A stretch of 64,000 bases of DNA from Lama glama (Eukaryota): NCBI GenBank assembly GCA_028534125.1, contig CM052832.1, positions 7,380,001 through 7,444,000 on the forward strand, written 5' to 3'. Positions 51,782-64,000 of this stretch are shown in pieces. The translations under genes and the position numbers were made by a program. Numbering within the stretch: the first letter of the stretch is position 1; each line of letters opens with the position of its first letter. The notes beneath the pieces are model-generated. The model saw only the letters and a program-made list of their open reading frames with translations. It was not told where the DNA came from and did no database searches.

Positions 51782-53639
51782 ACCTGTGATCTTATTTGCT
51801 CTGTCTCAGTGCTTGTAACCTGGAGAGGCTTTGTCACCTTTGGCCTTGGTAGATACTAATATCTGTATATTTTTGGTTTGTGTGTCATCACTGAATTAAA
51901 ACTTCTTTGATCACAGCATGGGCTGTTACAAATTTTGATGTCCTTTATATTGCTGAGCACAAGACTGTGCTTGCTGAGAGTATGTGGTTAATCATTTAAT
52001 AAGAGAGAAAAGAAAGTGACTTTTAGGTTTTGTTGGCATAACCTAAAATTGACTTATTTTTTTGACACTCCCTTCCTCTTGTTCTGTCTTATGCTTGTCA
52101 GTGCTTCATGATTCAAGTCTCTCTGCAGATTTAATAGAAACTGAATTCCTATTTTGATTCTGACTGAAATAGAAAAATGTTTAAAATGCTAATAGCTACC
52201 TGGCCCAGCCTTTTACCTCAGTTGCCATATAGAATTGGGATGCCTTCTTATTATTTCCTGATGATAAAGGTAATGCTTGCTCATTTAAAGAAAAAAAATG
52301 CAGATGTAAAGTATTTTTTTAAAGTACAAAATACCAGTAAACTCAGCATTTCAAAAAAATTTCTATTATTTGATGTATATTGCTCCAAATATTGACATAC
52401 ATACAGATACCAATGTATGTGTATGTGTTTGTGTGTGTGTTTATAGTCTGTTTCAGTGCTTCCACGTAATTTTGATTGTGAGTTGGAGATGGCATTGGAG
52501 CAGATGGAAAAGTAGATTAACTAAAATTTAAAAATTAACTGCTCATTTATGCTATTTTCTAGGAGTTTACTTCCAGCTGCCCAGTAGTGCTTGGTAATTG
52601 GATAATCAGCAGATTATCCTTGAGTACAAAATATGTTTGTAATATCTAGATTTCTACACTTGCTTCAAACAAATTCCTTTGTGAATTATCTGTTATTTCT
52701 TACTCATTTTAAAAGGTAGTTATTTGTATTTCCTTATTGAATTATAAGAACTCCATATATTAAGAAAGGGTCTTTAAATCTTTTTTTGTATTTCAAAGTT
52801 TTTTTAAGTTTATTATTTGAAATAATAAATTTGCACGTTTATAGTATGATTTTCATTCAGAGGTTTTAAAATCTTGATGTCACATACAGCATTGTTATTT
52901 GTGGTTTTCTAGCTTTGGTTCATGGTTGGTGAATACTCTTGGTGGCGTTGGTATTATGTCACCTTCTCGTAGCTGATATGAAGATCTCATTGAAGGTGGT
53001 AGGTTTACATGTTGCATCTTTGGTCTCCTTTAATGCTTATTAGACCTTGAACCCAGGTCTCCCAGGAATAATCTCTAGGATTTAAAATACTTTCTTTCTC
53101 AGCTTGTTTTCCTGTGTTCTGATACATACGTTATCCCTGATTTCCTTTTTTTCTTTACAACCCCATCCCTACTTAGTCACTGATGTCCGTATTGTTACTT
53201 ACCACTAAACATGACTGGCATGCAATAGGATGGTTGGAAATAGTTTTGAATAAATGGATAAACTTCATAAACTGGTGTAAGAGTCATCTCTTCTGGTATA
53301 CCTTTTTTTTTTTCTTTTTTTGGTGCCTAGTTGTATTAGAACTTCTAATCTTTTCTAATTTACATGTTTAAGTGTCTACTGTGCCATTTCCAGATATGAA
53401 ATTCTGTTGGGGAGAACTGTGAGCCCCAGAACAGAGCTTGTCATATAGTAGGAAGTGAGTAAATACTGAATTGAACTGATAAGCAAGTTGAGCCAAAGGA
53501 CAGCATAAGGACAACTGGCAATAATTTTTTTCCTTGAATCTGAGTTGTTTTATTATTTTGGTAGAGGTGTTATGGGCTTAACAGCACATAAACGTATATT
53601 CAAGTGAAAATACAAGTTTTCATTTAAAAATTCTGTATA

Positions 53640-53855
53640 AATGAGTTTTGGACTAGACCCACATCAACTGTAGAATTAAACCAGAAGCTTCCTCTCTCTA
53701 TTAACTGTGATCTTGGGCAAATTACTTAACCTGTCTCAGCATAATTTCCTGTCTATAACATGGAACTGATGCCTGTTGATGAGGACCGAGGGAGGGGTCT
53801 GTAGTACAATATGTGGCACATTATTTGAGAATCAATAAATATTTACATGTTGTTG
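53640..53855 (+). mobile_element. MIR SINE
   Basis: CTGTGATCTTGGGCAAATTACTTAACCTGTCTCAG...TGGCACAT...TCAATAAATA. Confidence 0.75.
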
Positions 53856-54759
53856 TCATCCAGTCTCCTTTTACTTTGGGACATAGAGCTAAATTTGGGT
53901 ATATCCCTTCATCTTTCAGTCAGCTGGGTTGTGTTTTTTGTTTTTTTTTTTAACTCCTTCACATTTCCACTCCCTGCTATACCCTCCTATGAAACTTCTT
54001 TATTTAAACATAATTTGTTGAAATAGAACATTTGAGAGAATGGTATGATTATGTTGTATTCTAGATGATCTTTATTATCTTGAAGCCCTGCCTTTTACAA
54101 TAAAGAATAGTGAATATCTAAACCTTGGGAAACCATACAGCCTAGTGGAAGAAGCATTAAAGTTTATCATCAGGGGAATTCATTCAAGTAACTGGCTTTT
54201 TTCATCAGTGGTAAAATAAAGCTAGAACTGGCTTCATTTTACCAGTATATGAGGTGTGTGAAAGTACGTTGATCTTGGAGAAATAGTTAAGTTTTATGAA
54301 TGTCAGATAGCGGTAACTTTATTGAAGCATATCCTTTTCTACTTGAAAAGTGCATCTTATCTATTAAATCTGTCTTTTCATTTTAATTTCCCAATTTCAA
54401 CATATTATAAAGAGGATTTGGGGAGGACTTGAAAATTCTGTCACTGGCTTGCTATTCTGATGGAAACTGACAGGCATACATTTCTCTCTAGTGAACTGTA
54501 CATCGGGATTACCCGCAGCACATTTTTAATCTTACTCTGATTGTCTGCTGGCATTGAGCACTTCTCTTGGCGGCTTTCCTCCGTAGTCATTTAGAATTCA
54601 CTTAAAGAAGAGACTAATTTCAGCATTGGTTTTAGAAAAGCATAATTTAGATGCTAACTGTTGTTGAAAGATAAACATGAATTCTAAAGCCAAGTGTAAA
54701 AGCACACATATACATTTCAGAACATTTGTGTAAACTTTTCAGATCATTTGACAGTAGGT

Positions 54760-56660
54760 TTTGAGTTGCAGATCATTCTGTCTTAAAATTCTGAAGGCTT
54801 TCTCCCAGTATTTTCTAGCTATTATTGTTGCTGTTGACAAGTCTCATGTCATTCTGATCTAGATGCCTTTACACGTGACCATTTTTCCCCCTTACTCTCC
54901 ACACTTTTAGGATCTTTTCTTTCTCTGTCCTGTTCTGATATTTTATGATAATGTTGGTATGATATGGGTCTTTTTTCACCAACTTGGCTGGGTACTTTTT
55001 ATCTTTCAATTCTTAGAAATTTTCTTGAGTTTTTTTTTTGGATAATTTCTCTTTCTCTTCCTCTGTCTCTCTCTTTCTATCTTTTTGTGTCTGTCCTTCC
55101 TTCCTGCTCTGCATCTTTCTGTCCATCTTTCTGTCTTTATTTCTCTCTCTCTCTCTTTCTCTTGAATTGCCATGACTCAACTGTTGGGTCTCTTGGACTA
55201 GTTCTTCAACTTTCTTACCTTTTCTATCCTGTTTATATTTTTGGTCTACTTCCTGGGAGATATCCTTAAATTCATCTTCCAAACTTATTATTAAATTTTT
55301 TTATAGTCATAATTTAAATTTTTCATTCTCTGAATGTTTCTTTTACTTGTTTATTAAAACCCCTTCGCTTGTCTTTTCATGGGTGTAATATCTTATCTCC
55401 ACAAGTATGTTTCTGATTATGTGAAGCTTGCTTTTAGTCCCTTTATTTTTTCTGCTTCATTTGATTTCCTTTTTATTCTCTTTGTTCTGGTTACCATGTT
55501 TCATTTTAGTGGCTTTTCTTATCATCTGGTGATTTTAAGCTGTTCATTTTTGTTTTTATTTAGTTGTTCATTTATATTTAAAATGGAGACATCAAAATGT
55601 ATGTGAGGTAGACTTTTGCTGTAGGATAATCAGTCATTTCTCTGAGTTTGAGGTTGTCTTTCATTCCTTCAACAGTATCTTCCACAGAGCAAAAGTTTTT
55701 AATTTTGATGAAGTTCAGTTTATCAGTTTTTCCCTTTTGTGTTATGCCTTTGGTATTGTATCTAAAAACTCTTTACCTATTTGAAAATCAAAGATTTTTT
55801 TCTGCTCTTTATATCTTTCATTTCTCATGCTTTTGGTTTAAATTTTCTCATTTCTTAAGGTGGAATGCTTAGATTATTGATTTAAGACCTTCTTTTCTAA
55901 TAATATGCATTTAATGCTATACATTTCCCTCTTAGTAGTGCTTTGTTGTGTCCCACAAATTTGTTTTATTTACATTTTCATTTAGTTAAAAGTCTTTATT
56001 AATTTCCTTAACACATCATCTTTGACCCATGGATTGTTTAAATGTTAGTTTTATAGTATCTGATTGGGAAGATTTTCCAGTTATCTTTCTTTTATTGATT
56101 TCTAGTTTATAGCACCAGAAGCATTCTTTGGAGAATATACTTACGGTCAGAGAATATACTTTTTGAGATTCAGTTCTTTTCTAGCTGTTAAAATTTGTTT
56201 TATGACCTTGAATGTGGTCTGTATGGGTGAATTTCCATGTACAGTTAAAAAATGTGTATTTTATTGTTGAATGTAGTATTCTGTAGATGTCTTATAGGTC
56301 AGGTTGTTTGGCGGTGGTGTTCAGGTCATACATATCCTGCTAATTTTCTGTCATCTTGTTTTACTGATTACTTGAGAAAAGTATGTTGAATTGTTCATCT
56401 CTACGAATGGATTTATGGATTTCTTCTATTTAATCTGTATTTGCTTTACATATTGCTGTTATTAGGCATGTATACATTTAGGATTGTTATGTCTTAATGA
56501 TGTAATGTTCTTTATTTGTTCTAACTTTTCTTGTTTTGAAGAATATTTTGTATGATATTGATTTAATCACCCATTTTTCTTGATTAGGTATTTACATGTT
56601 AGATCTGTTTTTCATCATTTTACTTTAACCTATCTATGTCACTTTATTTAAGGTGGGTTA
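54760..56660 (-). mobile_element. Old L1 fragments (ORF1 region and ORF2 pieces), with a CT-rich low-complexity tract at 55045-55162
   Basis: Antisense L1 motifs (TTGCTGTTGACAAGTCT, CAGAGCAAAAGTTTTTAATTTTGATGAAGT, ATGCTATACATTTCCCTCT, TTGATTTCTAGTTT, TACATTTAGGATTGTTATGTCTT). Confidence 0.75.
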
Positions 56661-57327
56661 AGCCTTTCTTTTTCATGCTTTCATCTGTTTAGATGATTAG
56701 GAATAAACTTGCCTTTTTGTACCCATAAGTGAAGTAAAAAGAGATGTTTTGGGATTAACCAGGAATTGAGTTTGTTTCTGGATTTTTATTTTAGACTGTA
56801 GTTGTAATTGGATGGCACAACTGAACTATGGTCCTGTAAAGTAGTAAAAAGAATCAGAAAACTCCTTCTAAGAGCAGTTACCAAGTTTTCTATTCTGAGG
56901 CTTGGTTATAGGCTTTTTAGCATTCTCCATCCTAGGATCCCTAATCACAATATGCATCGTCAGTTCTAAGGTTCAGAACTGTGTTTGATCACTGATAATT
57001 TGAAGTGCAGGCAGAGGGCTAAGAACATTATGGGTAATATCTATATATTTTCACATATGGTTTTGGTACGTAAAGTTTGCTTGAAACTCATGACCTTTTC
57101 ATTTTCTCTTGGTGCTCTGTCATTTCTTTTACATTAGCATTAAAGTAATCACATTTGGTCCAGCTCAGAGCCTGTGTCTGCCTTTATGTCTGCACTCCCA
57201 TATATTCTGTTTAGCTTTGTGGAATTAATTTTTCTGTGAACATACACACAAATCACAAAAATATATTGTAATAAAATATTTCTCTATGTTTTTGGAAACG
57301 GAAGTTTAGACATTTTCAAATGCAAAT

Positions 57328-57446
57328 TATATCCAGAGGAAAATATAATTTGAAAAGACACATGTACCCCTATGTTCATAGCAGCACTATTTACAATAGC
57401 CAAGACATGGAAACAACCCAGATGTACATTGACAGATGAGTGGACG

Positions 57447-57490
<44 letters not shown>

Positions 57491-57681
57491 GGAATACTAC
57501 TTAGCCATAAAAAAGAATAAAATAATGCCATTTGCAGCAACATGGATGGACCTGGAGATTGTCATTCTAAATGAAGTAAGTCAGAAAGAAAAATACCATA
57601 TGATATTGTTTATATGTGGAATCTAACAAAAAAGGACACAAATGAACTTATCTATAAAACAGAAATGGACTAACAAAAAAA
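57328..57681 (+). mobile_element. Short L1 fragment (ORF2 C-terminus) containing a (CA)n expansion
   Basis: ORF 57372-57626 MFIAALFTIAKTWKQPRC...MEYYLAIKKNKIMPFAATWMDLEIVILNEVSQKEK is the L1 ORF2 C-terminus; (CA)n at about 57450-57488. Confidence 0.92.
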
Positions 57682-57829
57682 TTGCAAATCACAGTGCTTG
57701 TGCACTAATTTTTTAGGGAAATAATTTCCTTGGTCTTTAGTTGGTCTAGAATCTTTATCAGGCTGTGTGCAAAGTAAATTATCTGTAATCTTTTAATTAT
57801 CTCATCTTTCAAATGACTATAATAAATTC

Positions 57830-58775
57830 CATTGATAGTCTGATGACAAATTTGTCTTTGCTTTATACTTCTTTCCTGATTTCTGGATTGTTGTATTCAA
57901 CTGCCTACTTGATATCTTCATTTGGATGTTTAATAGTTTAAAACAACATCCTTGGTTTTTTCTTCCAGACATTCTTCTTTCCCACTTTTTTCGTCTCAGT
58001 TTGATGTCATACTCCTTAGCATCATTCTTCATTGTTCTCTTTCCTTCATCCTCTACATCTGCTGAAGAGCAAATCCTCTCATCTGTATCTTCAAGATATG
58101 CTTAAGTGAGGTTACTATTCCGTAACTCAGGGAATTTCTATTTATAAATATTTCCACTTTTAAAATTCAGCAGAGGTTAGTGGTTAAGATCATAGACAAG
58201 GGAATAAGACTACCTGGGTTAAAATTCTAGTTTTACAGTATCCTAGTTGTTAATCTCTGGCATATTTTTTTTAATCTCTGTGTGTCTCAGTTTCCTCACC
58301 TCAACATAGAGATACAGTACTTATCCCATAGAGTTGCCGTTAGAATTAAAAAAATATTTACAATATTCTTAGAGCAGTGCTATGTATTTGTTAGTTAAAA
58401 TATATGCTTATCCTCCTCAATCTATTTCCTAACCAGTAATCATGTTTTATTTTTAAAATATAAATGATTCATTATCATTCCTATGTTGAGAAATTTTTCA
58501 TGTCTTCCTAGATTATCAGTGCAAAAGTCCAACTTCTGCAATATTTTTTTAATATTTTATGTAAGTTGGTCCTAGTTACCTCACAAATCTGTCTCCTGCC
58601 TGTCTCCTGTGCTTACATCATCCTAGCCACACTGTCTTTCTTACTGTTTCTCAAACAGAACTCTCACATTCCTACCTCAGACCATCTGAAATATTCTCCC
58701 CTCCCATCACAATTTATAAAAAACTTTGTAATTTCTCAAACAGAAAGGTTTACATTTTTGCTGAATGTTGCTTGA
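57830..58775 (+). mobile_element. L2 LINE fragment interrupted by a MIR (about 58170-58400)
   Basis: L2: CAACTGCCTACTTGATATCTTCATTTGGATGT, CTAGCCACACTG..TTTCT. MIR: GTGGTTAAGA...CCTGGGTT...TCTCAGTTTCCTCA. Confidence 0.7.
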
Positions 58776-59156
58776 AGATCTGTCTTACCTTATCTTAGTT
58801 GTCATACTTATGATCAAAAGGAGTGTGAATACTGTGCTTTTGGACCTCCCATATAGGACAGTGATTTGGAGTCCTTGTGCTATACAGATTGACAGTTGAT
58901 GAGAAGTGTACATTTAGATCTTATTATGACCTGTATTCTTGCCTGAGCCTTATTCTTGTTATTTTCTGAAAGGTTAATATCTTTTTTCTAGCCTTGGCCT
59001 CACAATGAAGTACTTCATGCTATGGTAAAAAAGACTGTTATGATAGGGTTCAGTGTAAATCATTTATAGTTTAGATTGATGTAAAAACTATTTATTAGTT
59101 TGGAATTTAATGATAGTTTTCTACTTGTGAGTGGTTATGTTTCAGAAGTTTACTTG

Positions 59157-59782
59157 AGTGATCATGGACCTAAATGTAAGAGCTAAAACTGTAAGACTCA
59201 GAAGAAAACATAAGGGAACATCTTCATGACATTTAATTTAGCAAGGATTTCTTGGATATGACACTAAAAGCACCAAAAGAAAAAATCAGTAAATTGGACT
59301 TCCTCAAAATTAAAAACTTTTGTACACCAAGGGACACTCTAAAGAGAGTGAAAAAGCAACCCACAGAATGAAAGAAAATATTTGCAAGTCATATAAGTTA
59401 TAAGGAGTTAATATTGCAGAATATATCAATAATTCCTAGAACTCAACAACATAGAAAGAAACCAGTTGAAAAATGAGCAAAGAACCTGAATAGACAGTTC
59501 TCCCAAGAAGATAATCCATATGACCAGTACGAATGTGAAAAGATGCTCAGCATCACTAATCATCAGAGACATGCCAATCAAAACTGCAATGAGATAGCAC
59601 TTCACACCCCGTAAGGTGGCTATTATCCAGAAAACCCCAAAAACCCAAAAACAAAAAAACAAGCATTGGCAAGGATGTGAAGAAATTGGAATGCTTGAGC
59701 ATTGCTGGTAGGAATATAAAATGGTGCAGTTGCTGTGGAAAATAGTGTGGTGGTTCCTGAAAAACTGAAAATAAATTACTGT
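59157..59782 (+). mobile_element. L1 ORF2 fragment (L1MA/L1MB-like)
   Basis: GACCTAAATGTAAGAGCTAAAACT...TCTTCATGAC...AAATTGGACTTC.TCAAAATTAAAAACTTTTG...GAAAAGATGCTCAGCATCACTAATCATCAG...ATTGCTGGTAGGAAT.TAAAATGGTGCAG. Confidence 0.9.
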
Positions 59783-61029
59783 TTCTAAGAAGTTACTAAT
59801 CCAAATACTATTAGGGAGAAGTATCTACAAACTTCTTTCTCAGAAGTAATGTTCCTTGAGCCTCGCGGATTTCAGAAGAGAACTTATTCTGGATTTTGGT
59901 ACGTTGAGTGAAAAGATTTTATATAGAGGATGTGATGCAGTTTGTCCTTTACCAGTAGTTTAAAACTTTTCAGATATTACAACTGTTCATAAGTATTTAT
60001 AAGGGGAAACTTTTCATTTTTAGCCATTTAGTTGATTTCTGTGTTGGCCTTTTTCCTACAGTTAATTTTAATTTTTTCTTCCCTTTCTGTCTTTCTAATC
60101 TAAGAAATTAGAAGAATCTGAAATTAGAAATTAAAAATTAGAAATTGAAATCTGAAAAAAAAAATCCCAAGGGAGATATTTTCATGTTAGGGAGGTTAGG
60201 GCAGAATTATGCAAGGTGTCTGGTGTATATGGCTGTTATATTTTATTAAGAAGGCCTTTGTATTATATTGAACTATTTTTAGGGGTTTTAAAAACATGAA
60301 TATTCAATTTTATACAAATCTGTTGTACCCTCGAGAAGCCTCCAGTCAGCATACATCTCAGTGGAAAACTTATCATTTAAATGAAGAAAATTATAAATTG
60401 GACATAAAGATAGTAAGTTAATACCCAGCTATAATTTCTTCACACTTTCAAAGTCTTAAAGTATCATAATTTTAAGTTGTTATGCTGTAGGAAGAGTATT
60501 AAGCTTGGTAAACAAAGAAAACAAAATATATAGTATTGCTACCAAAGATTAAGAAAATCTCAGTAATTATTTAATTTGCAAATAAGTACTCAGTCCAGTA
60601 AAAAAATAAGAAACAAAGTCTTATACTTGCTTTTGTTATTCAACAACTTTGATGTGGCTTACCAAACGATTAAAGAATTTTAAATAACTGAACAAAACAT
60701 CACTGTTTACTCAGTAATATATTTTATCCAGGAGTTGAATATACATAGGTGACATTTTAAAAGAAAATGGCGATTTTATAGCTTGTGCAAAGAGAATCCT
60801 TGTTGTAACATCATAGCTGTATTAGAATTTGGTAGATATGTAGTGACTAATTTACAAGGACTGCTCAGCCATTTTTTTGAACAAGAAAAAGAATTTGAGA
60901 TTGTGTCTTTTTTTTTTTTTTTCTAAGTGATGTCTCTGCATATCACAGCCATTTTAAATGTAACTTACAGTTTTGGCCACACTGTTCTAGAAGATTTCCT
61001 GGAAAGTAAAACATTTCCCTTAGGGTAAC

Positions 61030-61285
61030 TCTTGGTATAATGTAGTGGTGAAGAATGTGGGCTTAGAGTCAATTTGGAATTTGAGTGGAGGCCATTTACT
61101 TGTTGTGTGTTTTTGGAATAGTTGAGCTGTTTGGGCTTCAGTTTTCTCATTTTCAAAATGTGGCTGGTAATGCTATCAAGGATGGAGGCTGAGTAGAAGG
61201 TTAAGTGACATCATACAAATAAGATATTTAGAACACTGTCTGGAACATAGTAAGTGCTCAGTACATGTCAAATATTGTTATTTTT
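61030..61285 (+). mobile_element. MIR SINE
   Basis: GGGCTTCAGTTTTCTCATTTTCAAAATG...TAGAACACTGTCTGGAACATAGTAAGTGCTCA. Confidence 0.8.
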
Positions 61286-61320
61286 GTGGTGATATTTTGG
61301 TGTCGTAGAGTGCATGACTC

Positions 61321-61354
61321 GTGTGTGTGTGCATACGTGCGTGCGTGTGTGTGT
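61321..61354. repeat. (GT)/(GCGT) alternating purine-pyrimidine repeat
   Basis: GTGTGTGTGTGCATACGTGCGTGCGTGTGTGTGT. Confidence 0.9.
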
Positions 61355-61825
61355 ATATCTACCTCACTCTATGTGTTACCTGCTTTGGAGGCAAAATCAC
61401 CTCTCAGAATGAAAAGCTCACCTAAGTCAGAACACTGCCCTTTCATGTCACTTGATTTATAGTTCTCCTAGGTTAAAGGCTTTAGCCCCTGCTGTGATAC
61501 ATACAGAGTCCCAAGGAGTTCACTCAATAAATGCTTCAGTGAAACTACTTATTATGGTAAGAATAAATAAAAAAAAAATAAATAAAATTAGTAATATTTT
61601 TAAAAACATACTCTTTTTTAAAATTCATGACTTTTCATATAACAGAAGGCTGTAATTGATTTTACATAACAGTTTTTAAAAACGTTAGTATTCATCCTTA
61701 GCACATTTTAGAGTGTTAATTCACAGATTTGAATAAAATGCTTTGAACAGGCTTGTATTTCTCAGTGTCTTAACCTTCTGTAATCTTGTTGATAAGTTGA
61801 GTGTAAAAAACTTACTTTTAGAAAA

Positions 61826-62267
61826 TGGATTGGTCAGGGTTTTCTAGAGAAATAGAACCAGTAGGTCTCTGTGTGTATGAAAGTGTATGTGTCTATATGA
61901 AGAGACTTAAAAGGAATTGGCTAATGCAGTTTTGGAGGCTGGCAAGTAAGGCTGGAAGCTGCTGTGTCGCCAGGAACAGCTGATGTTTCTGTTTGAAGGA
62001 TGTCTAGCGGGAAGTGCCTGTGTTCCCGTTGAAGGGCATTAGGTGGGAGAATTCTTTATTTGTGGGAGGATCAGCCTTTTGTTAAGGCCGCACTTGGTGG
62101 CGTGAAGCCCACCCACATTATGGAGGGCCGTCTGCTTTTTACAGTCAACTAATTTAAATGTTAATCTCATCTAATAATACCCTCACAGAAACACCCAAAA
62201 TGATGTTGAATTAAATATCTGGGCACTCCTTGGCACATTCAAATTGACACACAAAATTAACCATTGT
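61826..62267 (-). mobile_element. MLT2-family (ERVL) solo LTR
   Basis: GTCAGGGTTTTCTAGAGAAATAGAACCAGTAGG...AAGGAATTGGCT...GGAGGCTGGCAAGT...CCCACCCACATTATGGAGGG...TTGACACACAAAATTAACCAT. Confidence 0.88.
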
Positions 62268-64000
62268 CTAGAAGAGAAGCAGAAAATAATAAAAGCAAAC
62301 TCTGTTGACTTACTGATTTTACTTGAGGAGCAGCTGGAAGATGATTTAGTTGTAGAGGTTATGCCTGCATATGTGCTATTGCCATTGCGTTGCTGTTACT
62401 TTGTGTTTTCAAATTGTCAAAGGCTTATTATGTGCTTTGAGAGTAAATATTTTGTTTTGCTTCATTTTTCTTCCCCATCCATTTTACTTCGATAAAGGAA
62501 GAAAAAAAATTTTATTTTTGTTTTTTGGAATATGTTTCAAATTCCCACATAGTCTTCACTAAAGTACTTTGTAACTTAAATGTGTTTTTTAAAAAATTTG
62601 TCTGGGAGGACAAAATGGTAAATTAAAGACTAGTTACCGTTGAGTTGCTTGGTGAAGTACCCAGTACCTGTGCCTTCGTACTTCTTGTATTTCCTGCCTT
62701 TGTCTCTCGTTGTTCATGGCGTAAATCTGCCAGGTGGCTCTGGGTATCTTCTCTCTCTAGAAAACTGGTTGTGATCTGGGAATCCAACCGATGTCTGGTC
62801 CATCTTTCCCTTACCTAATGTATAAGTTCCAAATCAGAAACACAAAATGGAAACTGAAAGCAAATATAAATATCCCTTTTCTTGGAATCAGTCTAAAACT
62901 AGTAGAAAAACCTAGTAATTGAAATCCCATAAATTTTTTATATTAGCAGTATCCTGTTTTCTCTTAGGCATTTATATGTTTTTAAGGCTTAGATCTAGGT
63001 TGAGTTAAATAACAAATGTAAATCTAAAGGGACCAGCACACAAACTTCATAGGGTTAAGGAATTCATCAAATTAATTAACATTACAAATACTGAACTTCT
63101 GAAAGGAAAGCATGTTTTCTTAGGATATCTAATACAAATAATTTTTCATAACTATTTTAATTCTAGAAATTCTTCTATTATAAAGACATCATTGTGGTCC
63201 CCTTCAATCACTGAAGTGCCCTTTAGCGTAATTATAGTATGAACATATTTTTATGATGTAAGAACTTTGGCTTCTTGGATTAACTATATGGATAGAGAAT
63301 GTTGAACTGACCTTGGATGGCTCTACTCTTAATGGAAATTTTCTTTCACTGTTACCTTTTCACTTAATTAAATAGGCCTGGTGGTAGTGTAAGTGGAGAG
63401 TATTTTCAGTATTCTTTAATTTCATAAAGATCATTAATGAGATAAAAATTTGTAATTTTAATAAGCCTCTTATAACACATTAACTCATTATGCAGACTTA
63501 AAATTTTCTTATTTTTTTCCTATATTTGAGTAAACAAGTTATATATATTATGTAACATATATAATAGAGTCATAGTATATACTCAGTGGTGGCAGAAAAC
63601 TACTTAAAATAATTTAGCTGCCTCCAAATGACAATATTTTTCTGAAACAAAATTTATAGTTTTAATACACTCAACTCAAAGATGTCATTATTTTTGGGGC
63701 TTGATAGATCTGTTGTGAAATTGTAGCAGTAGTATTTAGGACTATTGAGAGGATAAAATTAGTTAATACATGTAAAGGGCATGGTTCTTGGCACATTGTA
63801 AGTACTTAATAAATCTAGTACCAGCTGTCGCTTATGTGAAGATTACATTGGTATATTGAAATTTTGTGAGGATGGTAGTATTTGGGTTAGTTTTTTCCCC
63901 TTAATGAATTTATGCTCCTTCTCCCACTGTGCTAAACAGTTTGCTTCGTGTTAGTCACCTGTTATGTAGAATAGGAATTTTTTAGTTGTATACATTAATT

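Larger units (their letters stand above)
1..64000 (+). other. SUPT3H: Inferred intron of SUPT3H (antisense to RUNX2); no constitutive SUPT3H exon seen in the window
   Basis: Inference from conserved vertebrate synteny: RUNX2 P1 lies inside a SUPT3H intron on the opposite strand. The long L1 relics here are mostly minus-oriented, consistent with antisense bias in a plus-strand intron. No Spt3 peptide was found in the ORFs. Confidence 0.7.

Noticed and set aside
54964..55282. Charged coiled-coil-like ORF (MEDEFKDISQEV...)
   Set aside because: Degenerate L1 ORF1 region plus a GA-rich low-complexity expansion.
60100..60155. AGAAATT-type short tandem repeat, and similar small duplications at 2121-2155 and 12319-12352
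   Set aside because: Ordinary slippage products; no spacer structure, not CRISPR-like.
1..64000. tRNA, rRNA, snRNA, miRNA genes, processed pseudogenes, CpG island, CRISPR or operon-like systems
   Set aside because: None recognisable by eye. The RUNX2 P2 and SUPT3H promoter CpG islands are expected outside the window to the left. Small ncRNAs cannot be excluded without an Infernal/Rfam search.

Overview
AT-rich mammalian DNA from the RUNX2/SUPT3H overlap locus. It is probably a laurasiatherian, possibly a camelid: there are no Alu, B1/B2, Bov-tA, CAN or PRE-1 SINEs, and the young L1 3' ends look cetartiodactyl-type. The only firmly recognisable coding sequence is the first coding exon of the RUNX2 distal-promoter (P1, type II) isoform on the minus strand (22999-23056, MASNSLFSTVTPCQQNFFW + GTAAGT donor). 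It is preceded by a 200-nt 5'-UTR mini-intron, an upstream exon carrying an intact in-frame MLHSP extension, and the P1 promoter with clustered RUNX sites. By known synteny the whole window should lie in a large plus-strand SUPT3H intron, and 1-22998 is also RUNX2 intron. The rest is intronic or upstream sequence: MIR, L2, L1, MER, LTR16/LTR33/MLT2 relics, microsatellites, one 500-N gap and several repeat-free candidate enhancer blocks. Almost all entries in the ORF track are spurious. I see no evidence of a new multi-gene biological system. The best leads are the intact MLHSP frame, a possible re-wired SUPT3H alternative exon near 28.9 kb, a ~330-bp bipartite L1 5'/3' element, a ~17-kb transposon-poor zone around P1, and candidate MEF2/homeobox/RUNX enhancers at 48-49.5 kb. 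Repeat family names are from recognition of consensus motifs, not from a database search.
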